In this document: piece after piece, positions 48,541 through 62,210 of the stretch | Numbering within the stretch: the stretch's first letter is position 1 | Layout: each line of letters begins with the position of its first letter | Assembly: GCA_011109175.1 (NCBI GenBank) | Contig: RDEW01000035.1 | Coordinates: 136,141-200,140, forward strand | Direction: 5' to 3' | DNA length: 64,000 nucleotides | Source: Dicyema japonicum | Taxonomy: Eukaryota; Animalia; Dicyemida | Translations under genes and position numbers: made by a program | The notes under the pieces: generated by a model | Told to the model about the DNA's origin: nothing | Seen by the model: the letters and a program-made list of their open reading frames with translations, nothing else | Databases searched by the model: none

Positions 48541-50744
48541 GTCATTCAACTACCCGTAGTCCATGAGCAGCAATAAAGTTAGACATTCCTGAGTCGAATA
48601 AATCACATGAAGCAATTGGCTTAAGTGTGATATCCAACCACTATCAGTACTTTCCTGATAAATTAGATTATCATATAATTCTGCATATAATAGAGCGAAG
48701 ATTATAATTCCAATAAAATGGTTGTTTTGTTGTGTTAACAAATTCAGGTAAAACCTCCAATAAATTATAAAAATAATCAAAATAGGATGATAATAAGACG
48801 GCCTCGTTTTTCGATTTGGAGTCTATTTTGATTCCACAGGACTCATACGAAGAGGCGATATATAATGCTATATCATTCATTAATAGGTTAATCAATATGG
48901 GGGAACACCGAGATTATGTTTGACTTTCATTTATTTTAGGGAATCGATCCGAATATTCCACATTAATTTGGTTTTCTTATCTGTCAGGTTAGTTTGGTTT
49001 TTTATTACAATCGATTTTTATTTTCAATGAAAATTAGTATTATTAATTTCAATCTAAGCTGCTTGAATGGGTGGGCTATTTCCGCTGACAATGGCTATAG
49101 AGACACGCTCTCTAGATCCTTGGACACCTTTTGGATCATTGAGTTGTCTCACGTAGACCCTTGGTGACCTTTTCGATTATTATCCAGTTTCACGTTACTC
49201 CTAGGTGACCTTTGGATCATTTAGCCGATCCGACAACTAGATCTTGTGGGCCAAGGATTCTTGACGTCTCAAAAACAAATGATCCTCCGAAATGCTTCAG
49301 TACTTCCTTCTCTTTTGATCCTTGACTTGGTTAGAAACATAACCTAGATCTGACACTAAAACAGCCAAATTAATCGAAGAGTACGTCACAGCACACGTAG
49401 CGCTCCATATCGGGTTTCGAAAATTAGCGAATGAGAAGATCATCATCCCATCGGGCGCTTACCATCACTCAGGGGAAGACCAGATTAAAAACTAATTGTA
49501 TTTGGATATTAATACAGTAAACTCTCTTACTTGCCAATTATTATTACTTCTGAGCGACTAATTCGGACACTTGGATTACCTACCTAGGCAAAGCTATATT
49601 TTGAAGAGAATTTTCAGTATTGGAATTTCCACTGTCATTAAGGTATCCAGAGGATTACCGACCCCTCCTATTAGTTAATGAGGCAAAGTAAATTATCATT
49701 ATTTTCTTAGTGTTTATCTTTTTCTTAACAAATTACCTAATCTCTGACTTGTTTAAATATCTCCACCTAAATCAATATTGTCGATTTTCTAAAATTCTAT
49801 GATTTTAAAATTAGAACTTTTGGATACTGCTTTAAAAAATCCTGATAAATTTTTGAAATTTTTTGGAGGGAACTTTTTTTCGAATATTTTTGTAAGAATT
49901 AAATCTAAACTTTGCCAAATGCAAAACATTAATATGAGATTTTCAAAACCTTTCGCTATACTTTAGCGATTTCCCACTTTCTTCACTGAATTTATGTTAC
50001 TAATACTAAATTCGCAAATTCCTCCGCTCTTTTTGATCTCACATGAAATCTCAAATGTCTCAGAAAATTGAAGTCGCACAACGGTTCTCCGATGACATGC
50101 CATTTCTTGACTTATTTTTTTTCCTACAAAATATTCAGGACTCTCCCTTGCTCTATGGACCCAAATTTCTTGAAAATCATCTACAAGGAGAAGATGCAAA
50201 ATAAAAGAAAACTTAATGTACCTCTTTATGACAGTAAATGAGCTTTATGATTAATTTTTATCAGTTCTTCCTCTAACTCGCTTTTTATCGCGACACGGCA
50301 GGTCTCATTAGCCAAATTCTCAACCACCTCACGGATCGCATGCTGAACTCTCTGGGAGGCTCAACATTTTTAGACACGTGTGAACTTTTGAACGCCATAA
50401 AACTTTGAGAAACAAGATCTGTTTTTACAATCAAATTTACCAAACTGAAATTGGACCAACACCAACATTGATGTCTTGCCCCAAATCGATAAATAAGGCT
50501 CTTTCCGTCGCCTTCTTTGGAGCGCTTCTAAATAATTACTAAACACACATAAGAGTCCTCTCCTGTCGAATGAGCAGAAAACTTCACATCCATATCTGTC
50601 GAATAGAGAAAACTATAAGGAGACTGTCCACAAGACAATTAACGAACTTATCTCGATGCTAAAAAGACTAAAACGTTGAAAAAGGAAAAATATAAAATTC
50701 TTTTCTTTTAATTTGTCTATACCTTAGTTAAAACATAATCGGGA

Positions 50745-50975
50745 TGTAATTCTCCGACCTCCATAAATAGCCTTTGTATCAACGACCTTCTGAAGAGTCT
50801 CCGCAGAATTGACAGAAGCAGAAGTTCTCTGTTTCCGAGAGTTCTCATCAACTTGGTGTATTTTCACAGCGGTCGTTATATATCTTGACAGAACTATATG
50901 AAAAATCTGACTATGGAATTCGTCTCAGTCCGTTTCCTTCCACATTTACTGTGTTTAATTAGTTTTCAGTTTCCC
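50745..50975 (-). mobile_element. Possible mariner-type transposase N-terminal remnant
   Basis: VDENSRKQRTS..ETLQKV..GRRITSR resembles the mariner D..RSGRP..E....V..DRRIT pattern. Confidence 0.35.
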
Positions 50976-52173
50976 CGGAACATAATATGTCGCGTCCCGT
51001 GGTAATGACGCGTCCCACACTGGTTACATGTCACTGTCAAACCAAATGCCAGATGTCATATTAATATGGCTTTGATCATTTTTAAGGTTGAGCAGATTTG
51101 AATCTCCATTTTAAGAGCCAAGTAAAATGACTCAAATTTTGTCAAACAACCGAATAGAGGTTTATTTAAATTTTTTATCACAGATTAAGGCAAGATCAGA
51201 AGAATTGAAAATAGTCAACATGAATCGAGTCAAGAAAATATAGACTTAAAAAATACATTCTTTGATTTTTGATTAGAAACCAATTAGTGTTGATTTGATG
51301 TGGGTGACATGTCGTAAATTCTTTGATTTTTAGATAAGAAATGACAAGTGCATGTGAAATGTAACCCGCAGTGGATGAGTAACCCGTGCGGGACATAATA
51401 TACAGCTGGTCTTACCACTGAAAGCGTCTTTTTTTAATTGTTGCTTTCATGTTACCCACTGGTTTGCTTTATTTGAGGAAGCGATGGATAATAATTAAAG
51501 TTCTCGACATATCTACTCCAGATTTACCATCTAAGAAGAGAAGAATACTATTTATTTATAACCACTGTATCACCCGAAAGAAAGACATAAATAACGTTGG
51601 ACGGTTAAATAATCCCAATTCCCGCAATCAGCTGAGCCATTTAAAGTCTGTTGTCTACCATTGTCTCCACTACCATATGAAAATGCCTTCTCTTCATTCC
51701 TGCAGAGCAATCCGATTGGAGGAGGCAACTTTTATACCAATCGGTTTTCTTTTGCAAAAGGCATAGAAGAGTTGTATTCTACAGTAAATGGATATTGTTT
51801 ATCCTAGGTTCGACTCCCCTACTTTTTGCACGTCGAAGGTTTATCTTCATTTCCTCGGTTCCTTCTCTTTCCTTGTTTCACTAGAATGGCGTTTTGTGAT
51901 GTACTTTTCTCAGCTGGCTCCAGGGTAGCTCTAAAAAATCATTTTGTCTTCACCACTTTACTGGAGGGGTTCCGGTTCTCATTTTCTCTGACTCAGGATG
52001 TTTTTGTGTGTAAGGTCTCATCTTCTATGAGAATAAATTACTAGCTCATTATGAGAGAATAAACAATATGATTTAAGTAAAATCATGTTACAACAAAATT
52101 AAACCCATAAAAGAGAGAGAAAAGACCCCGCCTCATTGACAAATCTCGTATCCACACACTAGAGCACACGATA

Positions 52174-54394
52174 TCAAACCTCTTCCAGTACAAAAGCTAC
52201 CATAGTCCCCACTACCTTATCCATAACAAAAGTACATACTCTGAACGCCAATAGCAAAAAAAACAGTAACCTACGCGAAGCAGCTTTCTCAGAAGACCCA
52301 ACAAACCTAGCGAATATGGTTATCCCAACAGAACTCTGTAGAAGAACACGAATGATGTCTATGATAAGAAGGGACCACATACCTTTAACTGTTCCTAACC
52401 ATAGAGGACCAAAGTTCCATATTTTAACGGATTTGACGACAAAAAAAAGAAAATTGAAAACTGACTGGAGAACAAACATTTCCACCAATATACATTTTTT
52501 GTTGAGACACGTGGTATGCCAAAGGAATCATAGCAGACAAACTGATGACGTAATTCGGGTTGTAAATTATGAAAAACAGCACCAAATTCTCCAGAAAAAT
52601 AGGATTTTCAAGAGTGATTTTAGGAAATGTTAACCGCGGAGATTTTTTAAGGAAAGTAACCCCCAAGTTGGTAAACCAGAGAGTGAGAGCAAATAGGCTA
52701 AATATTCGCGACTGAACGGTAAAAGTTGATGACGGAAAGGAATATGCAGCAGTAAAACTTTGAAATCAGCCAATTCTGGGGTTTGAGCAAAAACAGAGTT
52801 TCAACCATAAACAGCACACAACAGATTAAAAATACAAAACTGAACGGAATCAGAGGTTTCACAGAGTGGAGAGTCCATAAAACCACAATTAACCCAGTTT
52901 TTGCAAATTTCATAAATATTTTGGACCATGAACAGTCAATCACCCAAATGAGTACACTAATAGCAATAGTAACGCACAAAAATTCATTTATGATATACTT
53001 GTACAGTAACTGGAGGGAAGAGTTATAAATACAAAACATCAGGACATCAATTCCGTGTTTGTAGTCCAAGATTAGGTCATTTGTCCCCAAGAAATAAAAA
53101 ACGTGGCAGAATATCGTGAGAAGGAACCCAACAATCCCGATGAATATCAGATGGTATTCGAATCGGTTCATTTCCCTCAACAATCGCGCTGCTAAGCCCA
53201 CGTGGTGTTTGTAAAGCATAGCCGCTGAGAAATTGTTATTAGAATTTTCTAATTCCGCCAAAATGAACTTTTTGAGATCAATTCGTTTGGATTCGGCGGA
53301 TATCCCTGAGAGTTTGAAGAGTGAGTTTATGTAGTTTTGTACCCCAATACTGTTCTCTCTGAATATTATCGATCTTTGATTTCTGCCAATAAATTTACTA
53401 AACAACATAGACGCCGGGACAGGTGGTTTCGAGATGGTTGGGAGTAGGTCCTCGATTGGAATCCTAATTCATAAAAGGAGTCGGAATCCCAGTAAATGAG
53501 ACAATGTTGAGGCAAAATCATTTGTCTCACATATTTCTGGTATAACACCAAATTACTGTTTTGAAGTCCAATAAGCTCACTTGAGGAATATACAAACATG
53601 GCAGACTGGCGACTCTCAAATTTGGTCGGAGGAATGTGTCCCGTCGACAGTGGCCGAGTGGTCCCCCATCACAAAGAGGATTGAACTCTCGTCCATGTGG
53701 TGGATAATTGTTCTAAGTATGAATACTTGAGAACTTTATGAGGTGATTAAACTTTACCAGAGCAAGTCCTACGTTAAAATTGTTCAGTGTGTGACCGTGA
53801 CAGAAGCTATCAAATTCAAGCAGGTGGGCGATGACAATATCGATTGTCTCATTTCTCATGGCTGGGATGATTTTTCATACACAGTCATATCGTCGTCCTG
53901 AAAGTGAGACTCGACAAAGTGATTCTGAAACATAACCCCCAATCTGTATTCCCATGACAGCATAGACTTTGATTTAATGGCCTGATCGATTATATTGTCG
54001 TCTGATATTATTTTCTCTCCAAGCCGGTCCCCAACTGAGGAGTAGCTCTGGACGGACCACTGGTGATCGTGGCAATGCATTTTGAGTAATGGACGGAAAC
54101 TCAGTCTTCATGGAAAATAACCTTGAATTCTTGGGTCTGTTTGTATTAGGTCAAATTGCCTCAAATTTGTTTTTGTGGTAATTTAGGTTACTTGAGAATT
54201 GGAAGGATGAGTTGATCACTGAGTCTTCTCTCCAAGCATCGATGATTAAAATGATTGCTTTTTTGTAAACCGCCTTGGTCGGCATGGCTGAGGCTCTGAA
54301 ATTTTGGGACACTGGTTTCGGAGAATAATTCCATGGCCAAAACAATTATTGCTGTTGTATATAATATTGTTATTATTAAGATCCCTTCAGTCAT
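52174..54394 (-). CDS. PIGO: GPI ethanolamine-phosphate transferase (PIGO/GPI13-like), multiple frameshifts; intron 53713-53734
   Basis: N-terminal TM, KAIILIIDAWRED, FPSIT..TITSG, DDNIIDQ, DIVIAHLLEFDSFCH, LFVMGDH, GTH, AMFVYS, DFASTLSHLLG, then a multi-pass TM region; PIGG not excluded. Confidence 0.72.
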
Positions 54395-54494
54395 TGAAAT
54401 TCTAATATCAACTCATTTTATATGTCGGAATAATTTAAATTATTATATTAATCATATATAATTATTATAATAATAATTGAATTTTGGTTAGACA

Positions 54495-56712
54495 ATTCTG
54501 GGATTCAATGCGAAGCACCCACTGTGACTGACAGGACAAACCTACGACAAAAGGGGTAAGATAATAATTAGGACCTCCACAGCTTATGTATAACGATCCT
54601 GCATCCATACAAGAACACCTACTCGACGTAACGATGAACCTTTTTCTATCGACATCTCACTGTCATCACCGTCCTTGGCCCCTCTTATTGACTGGTCAGT
54701 GAAATATGACACCAGGAGTGACCACAATCCAAAATTTTTGGAGGTCAAAACGAGGTCACGGATAAAAGGACAATATCCAACGATAACTAATTACAGCCTT
54801 GCGATTTAAAGAGGATTCAAGGATTATGTCGATAATTGCATTGGAATACTACTAAATTTTCCCACTCCTCCATCGAACAATTAGTGAAATGGTTAAACTC
54901 CACCATAAAAGCTGCGAAAAAGTAGTACATTCCTATGGGGAGGGAACCTACACCATCAAAACGTTTCAACACAACGACGAATCATCTAATCAGAGAACGA
55001 AATAATCTAAAGATGGTAAAATCGCCAACAGAAGAGAACATCAGAAAAATACGAGAATTGAACAGAGAGATCGACAAGAACATAAAGGCAGAAAATGCAA
55101 ATAGATGGACGAAACTATCAAAGGCTCTCTGCAAGAACCCCCCAATGCAGAAAGTCTGGAAGTGGATCAAGAACATCAAAAGATCTTCCCCAGAGAGAAA
55201 AGTCGAAGTCTACATAAAACCAGACACTTTGATAAAATATTACACGTCTATCTCCTACAAGAAGTTTTCAAAGAACACCAAGTATTCCTGAAAAAGATTG
55301 AGCCGAAACGCTCCGATGACTGGATCCTATTTACTAGCCAGGATGTTCTCAGAGCCATAACCAAAGTCAGCAATTCAGAGGCCAAAGGACCGGACAACAT
55401 AACCACATGTGAACTGAAGCACCTTGGCCATCGAGTCCTGGAACTATTAGCCTATGTCTTCAACATATTCATTAACACAAATACAATCTCTGAAGTATGG
55501 AAGAAGTCTTTAATCAAACCTATTGAAAACCCAACAAACCAATAAATCTTCCAATCGCCCAATATCCATTCTGAGTCCGGTCTCAAGGATCCTTGAAATG
55601 CTTGTTCTGGAAAAAGTACAAGAATCAATCTCAATACCTTCAACCCAGCACGGATTTCAGGGTAACCATTCGACCTCAACACACCTCACAACCCTCACAC
55701 AATTCATTGCGGAAGGATTTAGCTCCCCAAACCCAATCAGAGGACAGTACTTATATCCGTGGACATCACAAAAGCGTTCGAATCAGTCCCTAGGAAACTC
55801 CTTACAAAGAAAATATTTGAAACCAACATCCATCCGAACTTGAAACTTTGGATTGGAAACTTCTTAAATGGAATAAGTACTCTGCAACAACATCAATTCA
55901 AGATCTTGCTATTTCCCAAATGGAGTCCCTCAAGGCTCCCCACTATCACCCCAACTTTTCAATCTCTACATAAACGACATGCCACAAACCTGTAATGAAA
56001 ACTGTCTAATCCTCTCCTATGCTGACGATATCATTCTAACCTCCAAGAACAAAAGCATTCAATCAGCAACTCAGTCTGCTCAACAAATACTTGACAAGCT
56101 GGAACTATGGCTCTCGAAGCGGAGACTCGACACATCAGCAGCAAAGTCCTTTGTCACATTTACCACCTACAAAAGAACGAGGCTATTCCTATTAACAAAC
56201 CACCGAAGATTCTGGAAGTCACCTTTGATTAGGGACTCACTTTTATCCGACATGTTGAGAACAAAGTAACTTCTTTGAAAAAAATGAGAATTTTAAAAGT
56301 GCTCTCAAAAACACTTAGAGACCAAGCTGGTGGACTTGCCACTATTTATGAACAATTTATTCGACCAACGATGACGTATGCAAGTCCATCATGGGCAATG
56401 CAGATTTCATTGAAACTATCCGCAATCGAGGAGACTGAATAAGGTAATTGGATCGGAACACAATTTCTTAATCGAATTACAACGGAAACTCTTAAAAGAG
56501 GCTAGTTTACCGAGCAGCTCTCTATTCCATACACTATCGAAATATCTACAATCATACATAAATTTTGACCGATGTCATGTCCAATGAGAAGAGCTGTTCA
56601 GGATTCTTGACCCTGCCGGACTCGTCCTTTCCTTTGTCAATCTGGGATCACTTAGTTAGATGAGAACTTTATTTTTTTCTCTTTGACCCAGTGATCCTGG
56701 GGGTAATAATAA
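54495..56712 (+). mobile_element. LINE family B, most complete copy (APE C-half + RT + tail)
   Basis: FNAKHP, SDHNP, KGPDNI, RPISILS, TQHGF, DITKAF, GVPQGSPLSP, SYADD; ..QSGIT* and GATCCTGGGGG(TAA)n tail. Confidence 0.88.
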
Positions 56713-57318
56713 TTTCTGGGAAATGGTGGATCCCTGAGTGAGCTCGTAAATGAAATGAGCCATAAATTAAAATTAAAGTAGGGATTAGTGGAACCAGGAT
56801 CATCTAACTATTTGTGTTACTATTATTCTCTTACTCGATGTTTTCCGTGTTATGTAAATAAATATAGGGTAAAATACTGCCCCCTATAGTTATCGGTATA
56901 ACAAATCACTTCCAATCTACATCGGAAGCTCAAGACCATCTGGTTCGTCTCCGCTGTGTACATTATACCACTTAATTGTTTACAGGAGGAAAATTGGACA
57001 GTTGGACTCGTACTGTGCCCCTGCTGCTTAACGACCACTTGACGAATCACCTTTTTTATAATTCTGGCCGGTCAGCGGCTTCCCAATCTGATCTACTTGA
57101 TTGATCTCTGGGAACGCTTACCTTTGATTGTTACCTTCCCATTAGCCATCGGGTTCCTTAAAGAGACTTGGGGTGAATAAATAAAAATATCAACAATCAT
57201 AGAATCACTTTACTTACGACTTTTGGTAGATAATCCTCTCCAAGTTCTTTTAAGACTGGGCAATCATATCCGAAATTTCTTTTAAATTTCGATTTTCAAG
57301 GGAGATTATACCAGAAAC

Positions 57319-57361
57319 AAATGTGTATAACTTTCATAAGTGATGAAAGTTATACACATTT
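57319..57361. repeat. Perfect palindrome, 19-bp arms with a 5-nt loop
   Basis: AAATGTGTATAACTTTCAT-AAGTG-ATGAAAGTTATACACATTT. Confidence 0.9.
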
Positions 57362-57549
57362 AGTTCAACAGGTAGGTCACTACCTCAACCATTTGCCAAT
57401 TAGCCACTAGGCCAACAAAATAATGTCCATGTAAAGAGAATAGGCCGACCATAAGTCCTAAGTCAGAACTAAGAGTTGATATACTGATAGAAAAAAAGTA
57501 ATTTGAATCCTCTCGTCGATATCCACTGAAACACGCGCAATTTAATTAA

Positions 57550-58460
57550 TTTAATAACCCCGAAAAGGGAACACCAAGAAAGAAAAAGTAAACCAACTAA
57601 TTAAGTGATCCCGGTACGCCTCAACAAGATCGAAAGATTTTTCCTATGTTCCTCTAGAGTACCCACGGCTCTCCTGAATAGACGACGATCATCTTTCATT
57701 AGAGTTTGAAGAAAGGTGGGTTTTCTCTCCAAATTTCGTGTATTTGAGGCCTCTAGCCTTGAATGGAAGAAAACGACTTGTTTTGGCCACACAGACCTAT
57801 GAAGCCGGAGCCATTATTTTTGATTGTGGCGTGGTCAAACATTGAGGGAAAAGATCGGGGGTAGATTTGTTAGAAGTGCAAGTTTGCCTGTTAGGGAGTT
57901 GATCTTAAATGAATTGGATATTGAAGCTCCATAAGCCCATGAGGCACAAGCATACTCTACCGTCGGTTTTAGAAGTTAATTGTACAGATGACAGCGCATT
58001 CCCGTGACGGCATGGACTTTAAGAGCGGTTTGATTATATTTAGTTTCCTGAGACCCTTTGTCATAACGTTCTTCACATGTTGAGAAAATGTCATCAAAGG
58101 GTCAAATGTCCAAGATAGTTGGACGAATCTGTAATGGTAAGGAGTTTCCATAAATGTTCAATTCCAGTGTATGTATTGTTTCTTTTCTGTTCATGGTGAA
58201 GATTGTATACGTTGAATATCGCTGAATGGAAAGACGATTCAACTTCAACCAGGCTCCCAGGTCGTCAATATGTGACTGTAGCTCTGATTTTGCTGTACCT
58301 ACGTATTTGTTCCTGCTAGCGATGATTGGGTCGTCAGCACAAGTGAGAAGCATTGAATCTGGTCCTCCAGGACAGGGTAAATGGTTAAGGAATAAGTTGA
58401 ATAACGCTGGAGAGAGGGGAGGTCCTTGAGGACACCATTTGGTAGGAGACGGGACCTCGA
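57550..58460 (-). mobile_element. LINE family C, 5'-truncated copy with intact 3' end
   Basis: Paralog of 36235-37060; CADD; ends LLRRTGIT* plus tail. Confidence 0.88.
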
Positions 58461-60534
58461 AAACACTGCAAAATCAACTTGTCTAGCTTAGTTTAAATTA
58501 AAATTATTTACAAATTTAATTACATTTTAAAATTTACATTTACTCCTAAAAGCCAATTATCTAAAGTTGCTGATTATTATTGTAAAAATTATTGGAGTGA
58601 AAAAAATAATTGTGACTTTGATGGAGGTAGAATTTAATTGAAAAATGCTTTAAGAAATCTATGAAAATGAACTGTTGACCAATTTATAGTCAACATATGT
58701 TAATGTTGGTGTATTTGATGCGACAGAATAACTTACAAATTTATTTATTTTTAAGTATTCCAATGAATTCTTAAAGATCGTATTTGCCTCTCAGTAACAA
58801 CTGTGTACATTGCTCCTATGGAAAACCGTTATGCTTTGCCCATGGCTAATCCTTTATTCCTTCGTCTTCTGAACAAGGGGACTCATTAAATTCAGCTCTG
58901 GAAACGGAAACGATGCTATCTGAAATAAGAACTGAACAGTCTTCTCCCACATCTCATAATAAGGTGGGGGATGCCTTCAGTATGGAATGCTACGTGCATC
59001 GACTCTCTTTGTCTTTCAACAAACCACGGAAAAGGATGAGAAGGACAATGGGCTAGTAGGTTCACGTTCTGAAGTGTTATGGTGAAACAACTGGAGGAAA
59101 AAGGAAATTATTTCATATTCTCTAGAAGCTTGGACTTTCATGATGTAGGTGAGACCAAGCGGGTTCTTTTCATCCCCGTTGCCATATGTTGTTCGATCTT
59201 CGATGAGGCACAGGAAGAAGATACCTAATTTCTTTTATTAAAAGTGTTTCACTGCCATAATGATATATTTTGCGAAATGTAAGAAATTGACTGTGCTCAT
59301 ATTGCATCATCAATTTGTGTTGAAATGTAGATTCAACGATATAATATTCTTTGATTACTGATTCGTCACGTTATATGACTGTCGTTATATGACAATATAA
59401 TTTTTTGCTAGAAATTCGTTTAAATTATTCTATCCAAATCTTAGTCGTAGCGATTTGGAATAGCTGGATTAATGCAGATGAATACAACTCCATAAATCTT
59501 CTCTAACCTGATAATATCAATCACTATTTGATTTCATTCTACGATTAACAATTTAATAGGCATTTTTTATTTCTAGGTAAAAATATGCTTAACTCCCATA
59601 AACCCCATCAAAGGACATTACTTATATCCGTAGACATCACAAAAGCGTTCAACTCAATTTTATAGGTAAAAATATTATATTCTTCGGAAATTATTTGCAA
59701 CTAAAAAATTTGCTATTTTGCGGTTGCACCACTGATTAGTACAATTGACATAATTAATAAACATTTCTCAATTATTCCAATAGAAATGGCAATTAAAAAA
59801 ATAATCAATCAAAAATTGACTTATATAATTGACTTGCATAACCACGTGAATAAACTGTAGACGGATATGAGAACCAAGATGACCTATCAGCATGTCATTC
59901 CCTGTTTTAACCATAATAGTTACTTTTGTACAATTTAAGTCGTTGTTAACCCTTACTGATACCAGTCTATGGTTTTCTAAATTTCCCCTACCAGATTAGA
60001 TTAAGTTGCTAAGAATCTAAGAGTTCAATATTATCTCATCAAAATGGATGTACCTCACTTCAACCTCTTCTCCATGACAAGGTGAACTCAAGACACATTA
60101 AAAATACGAAACTTCAAAGCAGTGAAGCGTCAATACACTTTGGGATTAGAATCTCATTGGGACTATATTATAAGGAACTTGGACAAGACTATTTTGAGGG
60201 AACTGGCTGCCAAGTCTTGTGTAACCGAACTTTCTTATTTTAAAATATCTACTTTCAAATGCCTTCTCGTCTACCATTTTGTTTACTCATATAACAAAAA
60301 ACAAGCCTTTCATCCGTAATTAAGCAATAGATATTTATGAAATTTATGAACGGGACTCACAAGAAAATGGTTGAATTTGAAATGTACGTCAGCAAATAGT
60401 AAACTCCATATAACAAAGTAGTCAGTCTTCAGTATCTTATAAAATCTTAACCTTATTGTGAACACACCATCCAACAAAATAAAGCAATTTTAAATTTATT
60501 AAAGCAAAATAATATTAAAAGTAGCATCAACATA

Positions 60535-61345
60535 CTATTCTTTAAGAATTCTACTAATCTCAATCAAATCACTAGCCATAATGGGTTTCTTCTGAATTAA
60601 ACATAATCTTAAGATAAAAATTGCATTTTGAATATCGTAGAGTTTTTTGGCAGCCATACATCGATAGTTATTATTTATGAAATATGGGGACATTCGATGA
60701 ACAAAGTCTCGAAATCTCAGTAGAGAAGACAGCAAGTGATAAGCATCAATTTGGTTTTGGACGTCGAGTATATTTGGCTGTTGAAACTGCGGAAAATCAG
60801 ATTTTGCAAGTTCACTAATAGAAAATGATTTATTGGAGCCCTCGCTTTGGACATTTTTTAATAAACGGTGGTTCCTCTTGGGGATATCAAAAATTGGACG
60901 TCCATTGTAGAAAGGAGCGAGTGTCTAATCAGATAAGTTCTAACACAACTATATTATTATTCCTTTTCTTCACAACACGGAGTTTCACCCTCTTCCAATT
61001 ATCGATGTTAAAGTTACTGCCGACATCTCCCCCATGTTTGGAAATGATATGCATCTTCAGAGTATTTCCCTGGCTTGATCTGTATCCACATGATCCACAA
61101 AAGTATGGCATTTCTTCTACAGATGAAAAATAACCAAAACTTGTATGAATTCTCATGTGGACAAACACATTGCTGTAGTGAATAGTCTTATAATTGCAAA
61201 ATGTGCAATGGTATGTCTTTTTATGAGGGACAGACAAATCTGTTTTCAGGTTTTTCAGTTTGTATGTTTTTTCTGAGTTTTTACTACTTCCAAGTTTTTG
61301 TCGATCTGGCACAATCTCTTGACCATCTTGTTTGTTGGTTCCCAT
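60535..61345 (-). CDS. Two-finger C2H2 zinc-finger protein; introns 61117-61140 and 60925-60949
   Basis: CTFC..HMRIH, linker TKEMPY after removing the 24-nt intron, CGSC..HIISKH; removing the 25-nt intron opens the frame to the stop at 60535. Confidence 0.85.
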
Positions 61346-62029
61346 TATGCGAAAATCTATTTTACGGAAATGTGCTAATTTTTAAATAAATAATATTTGA
61401 GGTTTCATGCTGTAATTGCGTGGAAATGTACTCTCGTGAATATTATACCACAATATATGTTATATAAACTAACCATTTAAAGTGCACGTGGGTTTATAAC
61501 ATAAACAAATATCATAATAATAAATTATATTTTATCCGAAAATACTTATTTAGTGTGATTTAAGTTCAAAATTGAATGAGTATCGCAAATTCTAATTATT
61601 TACCACAATACGTGACTTTTTCAGGTGTTAAGTTCAGTCATTCTAAATAATTTGTGGAGATTATGTCATAATTAACCACTCTTCTATGTCGGTAGTAAGT
61701 TATGTTATAGTTGTTGGTTTACGTTTTCTAACTACAGTAAATCCTCTCTAACCTGCCGTTTCTCGAATCCGTTCCCTCATGAATGCGACATCAAATACAT
61801 TATTATCTAACAAATTCTCGATTCCACCACATTTTTATTACAAAATGATAATATTTTTAGTGTTTTTTTATTCTGAATTTTTATTAAACATTTTAAGTTA
61901 GTTCTAAAGTTGTACAATGATAACCGTTCCGCCGAGAAGTATAATGTTTCCATTACTTAAACCTCACCGAACTCACAATTTATTTAAGAAGCTAAAAGTC
62001 TTTCTAATTAATCCGAGGCATTGAAAATG

Positions 62030-62210
62030 TTATTGACTTTTCGTTCTTTTATTTTTTATCCTGCGTGGAGTCCCAGAAGACAAGTGATGAAACACTGATG
62101 ACGGCATCACTCGTCAACCTAGAAGCATAGTAGAATCTTCAACCAAATTGAACCTTAACCTACTGGATTTTGATCCGGAACTTATTACACTTAACCATAC
62201 GGTCACAGTG
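62030..62210 (-). mobile_element. Divergent SINE subfamily 3 sharing the 25-bp core
   Basis: TTGACGAGTGATGCCGTCATCAGTG at 62093-62117 followed by an A-tract; head also present at 40610-40700. Confidence 0.6.

Noticed and set aside
48671-48895. Dynein heavy-chain lid-like fragment (PFYWNYNLRS)
   Set aside because: One short motif, no AAA motifs nearby
49515-49540. Additional complete Tigger elements from solo TIR-like starts (49515, also ~61735)
   Set aside because: No matching right TIR or transposase found
57319-57361. loxP/rox-like recombination site
   Set aside because: Only the short ATAACTT resemblance; spacer geometry differs and no recombinase is visible in the window
57376-57392. 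let-7-like TGAGGTAGT
   Set aside because: Only 9 nt match and there is no let-7 precursor pairing; better explained by the RTE 5' motif
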